Assembly (NCBI GenBank): GCA_035283125.1
Contig: DATEUN010000020.1
Coordinates: 6,092-70,091 of the forward strand
Direction: 5' to 3'
From: Anaerolineales bacterium
GTDB lineage: Bacteria; Chloroflexota; Anaerolineae; Anaerolineales; Villigracilaceae
DNA length: 64,000 nucleotides
Made by a program: the position numbers and the translations under genes. Under the pieces are notes generated by a model. It was not told the DNA's origin. It saw nothing but the letters and a program-made list of their open reading frames with translations, and did not search any database. Of the stretch, positions 18,196 to 26,640 are shown one piece after another (position 1 is the stretch's first letter; every line of letters starts with the position of its first letter).

Positions 18196-20370
18196 ATGAA
18201 TTTTTACCAGGCTGCCACAAGCATCTTCATGCTGGGAATGACCATCATAATTGCATGGTCCACATTTAAAAAGAGACATGCACGCTGTTCGGCACCTTTG
18301 ATGTCATTCTCCATCGGCCTGGCAGCCTGGGCCATACTTTACGCCCTCAGTTCAATAATTACCCAGAAATATGTGTATACCTGGCTGGGGATCATGTACC
18401 TGGTCGCTAACCTGACCCGCCTATCATTATTCGTTTTTGCAATCAATTATTCTGACACAGCCAATTGGTTGAACAAGCGAACGCTTGCCATTCTCCTGAT
18501 AGAACCTTTCACAACTCTTGGTATTCTTCTAACCAATCCCTGGCATGGTTTCTTTTTTGCACGGATCACGCGGGAAATCCTGGGAAGAACGGTATCGTTT
18601 GGACCGTGGTTCTGGATCACGACCGTATATAATTTTTGCCTGCTATTAGCCACGATCCTGATCCTTGGTCAAACCTACCTGAAACCATCCAGGACCAATC
18701 GAAGCGTATCCGGGTTACTATTTCTTGGCATGTTGGCTCCCTTGGTTCTATATATCGCGACCATGGCAGGTTCCGAAATCATTCCCGGCGCCGACCTCTC
18801 CCCTATCATTTTCTTGGTACCGAGCCTGACCATCATCATAGGCCTGCTTCGAAATGATCTTCTTGATTATTCCATTCAATCACGAGACAGGGTCATTGAA
18901 GTCATGAACGACGGCTGGATGGTTCTGGATGAAAATAACAATGTGATCGATATCAATCCGTTTGCAGAAACCTTGATTGGACGTACACGTCAGCAAGTAT
19001 TTGGCTTGCCTGTCAAATCAGTACTATCAGAATGGTCCAACCTGCTCAACATCGTGGATAATCCAACCATTGTGTTGGACACTAACTTCAGTGTTGAGAT
19101 CAATAACTCCTGGCGGTATATCAACATGCGGGTTCTACCGATCATTAACAATGGAAATGAAACCAGCGGTCATGTTATCAACTGGCGGGACATGACCGAT
19201 CAAAAGAAAGTTGAAGATTCGCGTAAACAAACCAGGGATGACCAGTTCTTATTAATTCGCGGACTGGCCAACGCAGCCAGTGAAGCGCCTGACCTGGAAT
19301 ATTTCTTTTCAGAATCCATATACCTGGTTATGTCCATTTTCCAAAGCCAGACACTTTGTTTGTTCCTCTTGGATGATGAAATGAAGGAGGGAGATCCATT
19401 CCGATTATCCCTTGTCCACCAGGTTGGATTGAACCCCATGACAGCCCGAAACCTATTGCACTTGAAGATTGAAGAAAGCCTGCCGGGTTCTTTGTACCAT
19501 GCAGTCCTGGAACGAAAAGGCACTTACATTTCCCCAAACATGGAAGTGGACCGATCCATCCCGGATGAGATCAAAGACCTGGGACCAGGTTCATTGATCA
19601 TTTCTGCCTTAAGATCAAACAACCAATTATTGGGGATGGTTTGCCAGGTACGAAGAATACCTGGAGACTATTCAACGGAAGACAGAATGCGTTTCCAATT
19701 TGTTATCGATGATATATCAAACTTCATCTACAATGACCGCCAACGTCAGTTGGCGATTGGCCTGGCTGAAAGGTCCCGGCTGGTTCGTGATCTGCATGAT
19801 TCTGTGACGCAGAAACTTTATGGTCTTCTTGCATTGACAGAAGCAGCCCAGGCAGGGCTGGAAATGGGATCAATGGAAATGAGCAAGAAAGTCCTCACAC
19901 CAATTGGTGAACATGCCAGGCAGGCATTGAAGGAAATGAGGTTATTCCTTTATGAATTGAGTCCATCCAACCTTAAGAAAGATGGATTGATAGCAACATT
20001 GAACCAGCGTTTGGATGCCGTTGAAGGAAGAGCTGATATGAAACGGAAGATCATATCGGATGATGACATTTACCTTACCAACGAACAACAGGTGGCATTC
20101 TATTACATCGCCCAGGAAGCATTGAACAATACGCTAAGGCACGCCCATGCCAAATCCGTACAGATATCCTTGAAACAAACTGAAAATGACATTATCATGG
20201 AGATTGAAGATGATGGCATCGGTTTTGATACCACCAAACAAGAGAAAGGTGGAATAGGGAGCCGAAGCATGCAGGAACGCAGTGAACAAATCGGTGCGAA
20301 ACTCGAAATATTTTCAAAACCCGGAGAAGGAACGAGGGTAGTCCTTAAAATGAAGAAGAATGGAGGATAA
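18196..20370 (+). CDS. Sensor histidine kinase: N-terminal 7TM region, PAS, GAF-like, HisKA_3, HATPase_c
   Basis: About 7 TM segments, a PAS-like DRVIEVMNDGWMVLDENNNVIDINPFAE, H-box LVRDLHDSVTQKLYGL (NarX/LiaS type), N-box EALNNTLRHA, and DDGIGF...GGIGSRSMQER. Confidence 0.9.
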   Translation: MNFYQAATSIFMLGMTIIIAWSTFKKRHARCSAPLMSFSIGLAAWAILYALSSIITQKYVYTWLGIMYLVANLTRLSLFVFAINYSDTANWLNKRTLAILLIEPFTTLGILLTNPWHGFFFARITREILGRTVSFGPWFWITTVYNFCLLLATILILGQTYLKPSRTNRSVSGLLFLGMLAPLVLYIATMAGSEIIPGADLSPIIFLVPSLTIIIGLLRNDLLDYSIQSRDRVIEVMNDGWMVLDENNNVIDINPFAETLIGRTRQQVFGLPVKSVLSEWSNLLNIVDNPTIVLDTNFSVEINNSWRYINMRVLPIINNGNETSGHVINWRDMTDQKKVEDSRKQTRDDQFLLIRGLANAASEAPDLEYFFSESIYLVMSIFQSQTLCLFLLDDEMKEGDPFRLSLVHQVGLNPMTARNLLHLKIEESLPGSLYHAVLERKGTYISPNMEVDRSIPDEIKDLGPGSLIISALRSNNQLLGMVCQVRRIPGDYSTEDRMRFQFVIDDISNFIYNDRQRQLAIGLAERSRLVRDLHDSVTQKLYGLLALTEAAQAGLEMGSMEMSKKVLTPIGEHARQALKEMRLFLYELSPSNLKKDGLIATLNQRLDAVEGRADMKRKIISDDDIYLTNEQQVAFYYIAQEALNNTLRHAHAKSVQISLKQTENDIIMEIEDDGIGFDTTKQEKGGIGSRSMQERSEQIGAKLEIFSKPGEGTRVVLKMKKNGG

Positions 20371-20371
20371 C

Positions 20372-21040
20372 ATGGAGAAAATTCGAATACTGATCGTGGA
20401 TGACATGACAGTTATCCGGGAAGGATTGATGGCAATTCTATCCTTTTTCCCTGACCTTGAAGTGGTTGGACAGGCAGAAGATGGTTTGGAAGCGGTGGAA
20501 AAAGCCAGGGAATTGAAACCAGATGTTATCCTGCTGGACCTGGTAATGCCCAAGCAAAATGGATTGAAGACCATCCCCCAGCTGCTTGAGATCAAGCCAA
20601 AACCAAATATCCTGGTAGTTACATCTTTTGCAGAAGACGAACTTGTGTTTCCGGCAATCAAAGCAGGTGCACTTGGCTACCTGCTCAAGGATTTCGAGCG
20701 GGATAACCTGGTCCAATCGATCCGCGATGTGAACAGAGGCCAGGCGTCACTGGCTCCATCAATTGCCCTGAAGGTCATCCAGGAATTCAACAATCCTGAA
20801 GAAGCTTCCCTTCCCCAGGATGCCTTAACTTCAAGAGAATTGGATACGCTGCGCCTGATCGCACGAGGCTACAGCAACCAGGAAATCGCCAATGAGCTTG
20901 TTATCCAGGAACGGACTGTAGCCAAATATGTGAGCTCCATTTTAACCAAGATTCACGTGGAGAATCGAACCAAGGCTGCCCTCTATGCGCTGCGGCAAGG
21001 CATTTCTGAACTTGAGGTAAATCCAAAACTGGATCAATAA
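20372..21040 (+). CDS. NarL/FixJ (LuxR-type) response regulator
   Basis: REC domain with canonical residues (IVDD, ILLDLVMP, VVTSF, YLLKD) and LuxR HTH (LTSRELDTLRLIARGYSNQEIANEL). ATG 20372 is preceded by GGAGGA; the tracked start at 20360 lies inside the SD. Confidence 0.95.
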   Translation: MEKIRILIVDDMTVIREGLMAILSFFPDLEVVGQAEDGLEAVEKARELKPDVILLDLVMPKQNGLKTIPQLLEIKPKPNILVVTSFAEDELVFPAIKAGALGYLLKDFERDNLVQSIRDVNRGQASLAPSIALKVIQEFNNPEEASLPQDALTSRELDTLRLIARGYSNQEIANELVIQERTVAKYVSSILTKIHVENRTKAALYALRQGISELEVNPKLDQ

Positions 21041-21060
21041 TCCAACTTAAAAATCTCTCG

Positions 21061-21104
21061 GAAAGCATCCCGGATATAAACACAGGGATGCTTTCTTGTT
21101 TTTC
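21061..21104 (+). terminator. Rho-independent terminator after the response regulator
   Basis: gaaagcatccc / gggatgctttc 11-bp stem followed by ttgtttttc. Confidence 0.8.
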
Positions 21105-21113
21105 TGTAAATAG

Positions 21114-21151
21114 TGGTCATTCTTGACCAATAAAAAGAACCCGGATGGTCA
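21114..21151. promoter_or_regulatory. Candidate operator: TGGTCA-N4-TGACCA palindrome plus a third TGGTCA half-site
   Basis: TGGTCA at 21114-21119, TGACCA at 21124-21129, TGGTCA at 21146-21151. It lies between the RR terminator and the AAA+ gene. Confidence 0.3.
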
Positions 21152-21308
21152 AATTCTGCCAATCCAGCCTCTCTAGAAAGGCATATTTCCTTCATTTCCC
21201 CCCAGCCCATAGATAGATATACTGATTTCAGGCACCACCGTAGGAATGAAACGGTGATGGATCATTTAATGATTATCGAAAAAAGGATCTCGTCTCTCAG
21301 CACCATTT

Positions 21309-22601
21309 ATGGATCGACTTGAGGAAGAAATGATCGATTTTGAATACATCACAGCAAAGGATTTTGACAGGGCATGGCTGAATTTTGAACTGGACCTGCC
21401 TCTCAAACCCGGGAAGGATGGGAAAGACAATCCATTCTATATCAATCGACCCGGCAATCCGATTGCTGAGCTTGAAGATGCTTTACTTTCGCCCTTCTAT
21501 CAACCACCTAAATTCTTCTTCTCAGGGCATCGTGGTTGTGGAAAATCGACTGAATTGCTGCACCTGATGAGTAATCCGGATATCCAGAGTAAATTCTGGA
21601 CCATAAATTTCAGCATTCGTGACGAAGCGGACATCATTGACCTGGATTTTAGAGATATTCTCTTATCCATAGGCGGGCGAATGTTCCGTGAATACAAAAA
21701 AAATGGAGGGAAATTACCGGAGCAGTTACTCAAAGAATTGAATACCTGGCGCGGGAAATTAGAAGAAGAGATTAAAACCATCAAAGGGATGCCAGTTGCC
21801 CTCGAGTTGGAAGGTGGAATAGAAGCCTTCTTTGTTCAAACTGGATTAAAGATGAAAATGGAACCGAAGACCCGTAAAGAGATCCGTCAGGTCTTCGAAA
21901 GGGATATCACAGGTCTGATCGCTGTAATCAACAACATCGCCATGGCAATTTATGGAAAAGAGAAACGAATTCCCCTGATTCTTATCGACGACCTGGATAA
22001 ACCGGAACTTCAAAAAGCCCGCGAGATCTTCCATGATCATAGGGAGATCATGATGCAGCCAAATTGCGCCATTGTTTATACGGTTTCGAGCGCCTTGTTT
22101 TACAACAAGAACTTTGACTCAATCCGAGACAGGGCAATATTCCTTCCCAATATCGAACTGCATCCAAGGTTAAAACCCAATGTCAATAACGACCAGGGTT
22201 ATAAAACCATGAAGAATTTTATCACCCAAAGAATGGCGCCAGAATTGATCGAACCCTCTGCAATAAACCAGGCCATAACCTACAGCGGTGGCGTTTTCAG
22301 GGAGCTTGCTCGTATCATGCGCACGGCTATCGGTCAGGCACGTCGCCGAAAAACCATCCGTATAGAAATGGAAGACGTGGAATATGCAGCCACCGAAATG
22401 AGAAATGAATACCGTCGTATCCTTGAAAAAGAGGACATAGCCATCCTTAAGAAGGTACAGGTCACCAACCAACTGGAATACAGCGAACGACTGACCCCCC
22501 TGCTTCAATTGTTGGCCATGCTGGAATATCGTAACGGTGAAAACTGGTGCGATGTTCACCCAGTTCTTCGCAAGATTTTGAACAATGATGGTTCCCTGTA
22601 A
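21309..22601 (+). CDS. ORC/Cdc6-like AAA+ (STAND-related) P-loop ATPase
   Basis: Walker A GHRGCGKST (21525-21551), Walker B LILIDDLDK, sensor-1-like strand AIVYTVSS, and a lid helix GGVFRELARIMRTA resembling the Cdc6/ORC GDAR motif. An alternative start at 21330 has a better SD (GAGGA). Confidence 0.75.
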   Translation: MDRLEEEMIDFEYITAKDFDRAWLNFELDLPLKPGKDGKDNPFYINRPGNPIAELEDALLSPFYQPPKFFFSGHRGCGKSTELLHLMSNPDIQSKFWTINFSIRDEADIIDLDFRDILLSIGGRMFREYKKNGGKLPEQLLKELNTWRGKLEEEIKTIKGMPVALELEGGIEAFFVQTGLKMKMEPKTRKEIRQVFERDITGLIAVINNIAMAIYGKEKRIPLILIDDLDKPELQKAREIFHDHREIMMQPNCAIVYTVSSALFYNKNFDSIRDRAIFLPNIELHPRLKPNVNNDQGYKTMKNFITQRMAPELIEPSAINQAITYSGGVFRELARIMRTAIGQARRRKTIRIEMEDVEYAATEMRNEYRRILEKEDIAILKKVQVTNQLEYSERLTPLLQLLAMLEYRNGENWCDVHPVLRKILNNDGSL

Positions 22602-22622
22602 GAATCGAAAGGGTAGAAGTAG

Positions 22623-25600
22623 ATGAAAATAAAACCCACGAATGCTGTAGCAATCGACAACAATAAACTCGATGATCGGGTTGATATTCTATTCAGGGAA
22701 TTAGAGCTTGCAATTCGATGGAAACGTCCTTCCATCCTGTTGGCTGTTTTTAGCTCCACCAACAACCATGGTGACATAAAAACGATCCTAAAGAATCGCC
22801 TGCATGGAGTCGGACAGGATGTTCACTCATTAAGGCTTGATGATGAAATTTCTTCAGATCTCCCCAATTATTTAACCAACCTTCCAAACCTTGATCAAAA
22901 GGTTATCTTTGTAGAAGGGTTTAATGGGGGTGGAAGAGAAAAGAACATCGAAGCTTACCGCTACTTGAATATCAGCAGGGATTATTTCATTAATCGAAAG
23001 GTAAGAGTTGTTTTCTGGTTGACATCAGAAGAAGCCAATGACCTGGCTCGATATTCACCTGAATTCTGGGGGTTCAGGCATCGAGTGGTCGAGTTTCTCG
23101 ATTTGCACGATCCGAAGCAATCACCTTTGCACTCGCTTGGTACTGTCTGGCAGGGAATTGGCGAATTTTCCAATGGAATGGATGAGGTCGATGAAAAGAT
23201 CTCTTTGAGAAATTCGATCCTGGCAGACCTTCCCGATATGGACGAATCCACTTCAGCACGAGCAAACCTGTTTATATCCCTGGGAGTTCTTTACTGGCGC
23301 AAGGGAGAGATGGAAAAAGCGATTGGGAATTCCAAAAAAGCTCTCGAACTTGCTTCAAAATTGGACAATAAATGGTTTGAAGCTTTTTGTTACAACTCCA
23401 TGGCACTCATCCATGCGAACACAGGCAAAGTGAGCGAATCAATTGAAGCGTTGGAACATGCCGTTGAATTGGTACCTGACCAATATTTTCCGTTGAACAA
23501 TCTTGGCAACCTATTCAGCGAACTCGATCGATTTGATGAAGCGATGGTCGCTTTTCGAACAGTCATACAGAGGAATCCCCGAGATCCAATGAGCCTTAAT
23601 GGAATGGGTACTGTATATTACAGGCAAGGCAAAACCAAGGAAGCCTATCGGAATTTCACCCAAGCAATCCAGGCAGCCCCTACGTTCGCTCATCCATGGA
23701 TCGGTCTTGGAAATATCTATAACAGCCAAAACCAGACCGAAGCTGCCATTTCTGCATATCAGAAAGCCATTGATCTAGATCGACACCTGGCATTACCGTG
23801 GATCAATATTGGGAGTCTTTTCGAAAAGCTAAACCGCCTTGATGATGCCGCTCAAGCATTTCAAAATGCTTTCGACCTTGATCCCACCAATCCTGTCACC
23901 TGGAATGCACAGGGAAAGATCTATATGAATACAGGTTGTTTTGATGAAGCTGTCTGTGCATTTGAAAAATCCATTGACCTGGACCATGGAAATGGGTGGT
24001 CATATGTCAACCTGGCACAAACATATGTTTGTAAAGGTAAATACGACGAAGCCATAAAACTCTACCATCAAAGCATCCGTCTTTTTAAAACCAGAACTGA
24101 GAAGGCGATCACATGGAGCAAACTTGGGAATATCTACCAGTTAAAGAATGATATTCAGAATGCCATCGCAGCCAAGAAAATTGCCCTTGAACTCGACCCC
24201 GATAATGAACATCTCAAGAATGAGCTCTTTGAGATCCATAATTCATTGAAATCATCCAGCGAACCAGGAGATCCAAATTCATACCCATTACCTGAGATGG
24301 AACATATAGCGTTAGGTAGATTCCTGCAAGGATCAACCCTGGTAAATCAAGGGCTCAATGGTTCAATAAATATTGGACCGGAAGTTACTTATCCGCAGGA
24401 CAGCTCGCCAAATTCAGCCTTTACCTGGAATGAAATAGGGAATAAACATTTAAATAAAATGGAACTTGGAAAGGCAAAAAGAGCCTACCAAAAAGCCATT
24501 GAACTTGATGAACATTACGGATGGCCTTATGCCAATCTTGCTTCGATCTCGGTGAAGCAGGAAAGATTTGAGAAGGCACTTCCCTTGTACCATCAGAGCC
24601 TTCGCCATTTAAAAACAAGATGGGAGAAAGCTGTCATCTGGAACCGGCTTGGAAATATCTACCGAAAACAAAATGATTTTAAAAAGGCGATTCAAGCCCA
24701 TCGGAAAGCTTTGGAGCTTGACCCGAAAAATATCCCTGCACTGCAGGATCTAGTTCGTATCCACAACGACCTGGAACAAGTCAGGGATACGATATCACAA
24801 TTAGCCAACAGCCTGGATAAAGCTGTTGCCTGGGATATGCTGGGAAATGCTTACCTTTCATTAAGTGATTATGAATCTTCCGTAGATGCTTTCCAGCATG
24901 CCGTTGATCTTGCTCCTAATGATTTTGCTTATCGCTTTGACCTGGAGGAAGCTCGGAAAGCATGCGATAATCAACTAAATCGGTCGAGGAAACATAAGAA
25001 GTCATCCGGAAACACCTGGATCCAGAAGCTTCTTCAAGCTTTGCAGGGAAAGGATATTTTTCCATCATTACGAATTTCCCATCCAGGACCTCTGGGTGAG
25101 TTGATAGACCTGGATCCTGGTTATAGTGAAAACAAGGATATTCAAATTGAAAAGAAGGGACAAGGTAAGCCATCGTCTGGTTTTCCCATTGGCGGACCTT
25201 CAACAAACAAATCCAACCCTTTAAGCAAGACAAACATCTCTGCCGATGAATCCCAGGAAGGGTCATTCTCAATACCTCCTTTTCTCCAGAAATTAACTTC
25301 CGGGGTTCAGGATTTGTGGCGAATGAGCGGCAAAACCGATGAGTTCCCTGCTACAAAGGTAGGTACAAACCCGAATCGGGAGCATAAATTAATCTCGAAT
25401 TTTCATGATGCAGAACTTGTCACCATCGGATCAGGTCTGGGTCAGGGTCAGATCATGCTTTCTCCGGGAACATCACCACGTCAATCTGCCAATAACATGG
25501 TACCGGTTTATGGTAAGTCAAACAAACTAGTTTCTGTATCAAAGCCAACGGTGGGAGATACCGTGATGAAAACCCCTCCCTGGGAACAGAAGATTGATCC

Positions 25601-26141
25601 AATAAGAGTTGAACGGGATATACTCCGTTACCAGACAGTCACCAGCATCAACCCTCAGAATGCACGTGCATGGTATACCCTTGGTGACTTATATCGATCG
25701 GTTGGCAGGTTGGAAGAATCAGTTTCAGCTCTTGAGAAGGCTGCAAGTATAGACCCGAGCAAGGAAGTGTACTTATATCATCTCGGTAAGGCATATGCTG
25801 CCCAATTCAGAATCGATGATGCAATTGAAACTTTCAAGAAAGTGATTGCAATCAATCCACAGTATTCCCTGGCGCACGCTACCCTGGCTGGTTTTTACCA
25901 TACCCTCGGAAAAAAACGGGAATACCGCCAACACATGTCAATTGCTAGGGAAGCCATCAAAGACGAAAATGATTACAACCGAGCCTGCCTGGAAGCATTA
26001 TGCGGAAATGCAGAGGATTCCGTAGCCCTTCTAAAAACAGCATTGCAGGAAAAACAGGTGACCATGGAATGGGTTGCACGGGACCCGGATTTTGATGGCA
26101 TCCGCAACGAACAAATCTTTATTGATCTTGTGAAAAATTGA
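22623..26141 (+). CDS. Large TPR-repeat protein (1172 aa) with shared N-terminal module and long disordered linker
   Basis: More than 15 TPR units (e.g. GKTKEAYRNFTQAIQAAP, NQTEAAISAYQKAIDLD, GRLEESVSALEKAASIDP). N-terminal residues about 22-160 are paralogous to 16582-18141. Confidence 0.85.
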   Translation: MKIKPTNAVAIDNNKLDDRVDILFRELELAIRWKRPSILLAVFSSTNNHGDIKTILKNRLHGVGQDVHSLRLDDEISSDLPNYLTNLPNLDQKVIFVEGFNGGGREKNIEAYRYLNISRDYFINRKVRVVFWLTSEEANDLARYSPEFWGFRHRVVEFLDLHDPKQSPLHSLGTVWQGIGEFSNGMDEVDEKISLRNSILADLPDMDESTSARANLFISLGVLYWRKGEMEKAIGNSKKALELASKLDNKWFEAFCYNSMALIHANTGKVSESIEALEHAVELVPDQYFPLNNLGNLFSELDRFDEAMVAFRTVIQRNPRDPMSLNGMGTVYYRQGKTKEAYRNFTQAIQAAPTFAHPWIGLGNIYNSQNQTEAAISAYQKAIDLDRHLALPWINIGSLFEKLNRLDDAAQAFQNAFDLDPTNPVTWNAQGKIYMNTGCFDEAVCAFEKSIDLDHGNGWSYVNLAQTYVCKGKYDEAIKLYHQSIRLFKTRTEKAITWSKLGNIYQLKNDIQNAIAAKKIALELDPDNEHLKNELFEIHNSLKSSSEPGDPNSYPLPEMEHIALGRFLQGSTLVNQGLNGSINIGPEVTYPQDSSPNSAFTWNEIGNKHLNKMELGKAKRAYQKAIELDEHYGWPYANLASISVKQERFEKALPLYHQSLRHLKTRWEKAVIWNRLGNIYRKQNDFKKAIQAHRKALELDPKNIPALQDLVRIHNDLEQVRDTISQLANSLDKAVAWDMLGNAYLSLSDYESSVDAFQHAVDLAPNDFAYRFDLEEARKACDNQLNRSRKHKKSSGNTWIQKLLQALQGKDIFPSLRISHPGPLGELIDLDPGYSENKDIQIEKKGQGKPSSGFPIGGPSTNKSNPLSKTNISADESQEGSFSIPPFLQKLTSGVQDLWRMSGKTDEFPATKVGTNPNREHKLISNFHDAELVTIGSGLGQGQIMLSPGTSPRQSANNMVPVYGKSNKLVSVSKPTVGDTVMKTPPWEQKIDPIRVERDILRYQTVTSINPQNARAWYTLGDLYRSVGRLEESVSALEKAASIDPSKEVYLYHLGKAYAAQFRIDDAIETFKKVIAINPQYSLAHATLAGFYHTLGKKREYRQHMSIAREAIKDENDYNRACLEALCGNAEDSVALLKTALQEKQVTMEWVARDPDFDGIRNEQIFIDLVKN

Positions 26142-26178
26142 AAACGCAACCAAACCCTCTCGTAGAGAGGGGAAAAAA

Positions 26179-26218
26179 GAGAAACAGGCTTCGAAAGTTG
26201 GAAGCCTGTTTCTCTTTT
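26179..26218 (+). terminator. Rho-independent terminator after the large TPR gene
   Basis: Perfect 14-bp stem gagaaacaggcttc / gaagcctgtttctc followed by tttt. Confidence 0.85.
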
Positions 26219-26390
26219 AATATAATATTTTAGTGATTTTCATAAGGTTTTATATATGACTGGTATCTAGGATATTCGTATTACAATAAATATTAGGTTT
26301 GGCTCTTATCCGATTAGGAATCATTTTGTTTTAATAAGCCGGATGGAATATTTCATTGTGGGTTTTCCATTATAAAGGAGTTGATCATTT

Positions 26391-26639
26391 ATGCCAGCAA
26401 TAGGTTGGATAGAAGTTAATGATATGTATTGTAAAGGCTGCGAATTGTGCATTTCAGTCTGCCCCCAGGAAGTTCTCAAATTGAACATGGAGCACCTGAC
26501 GCCAAAAGGATTCCATCCAGCATACCTATACAAGGATGGTTGCACAGGGTGTGCGATCTGCTCGATCATATGCCCGGATGCCGCCATAACGGTTTATCGT
26601 GAAGTAAAAAAGAAATCCCCAGCATTGGAAGGAGCATGA
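26391..26639 (+). CDS. 2-oxoacid:ferredoxin oxidoreductase delta subunit (2x[4Fe-4S] ferredoxin)
   Basis: Two cluster motifs, CKGCELCISVCP and CTGCAICSIICP. It is the first gene of the four-gene OFOR operon. SD aaggag. Confidence 0.85.
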   Translation: MPAIGWIEVNDMYCKGCELCISVCPQEVLKLNMEHLTPKGFHPAYLYKDGCTGCAICSIICPDAAITVYREVKKKSPALEGA

Positions 26640-26640
26640 G

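Noticed and set aside
16582-26141. TPR/AAA+ cluster as a classical anti-phage STAND (Avs-like) defence gene
   Set aside because: There is no fused or adjacent nuclease, protease, TIR, SIR2 or other effector domain, and the NTPase and TPR arms are separate genes. Defence is kept only as one possibility under the broader finding.
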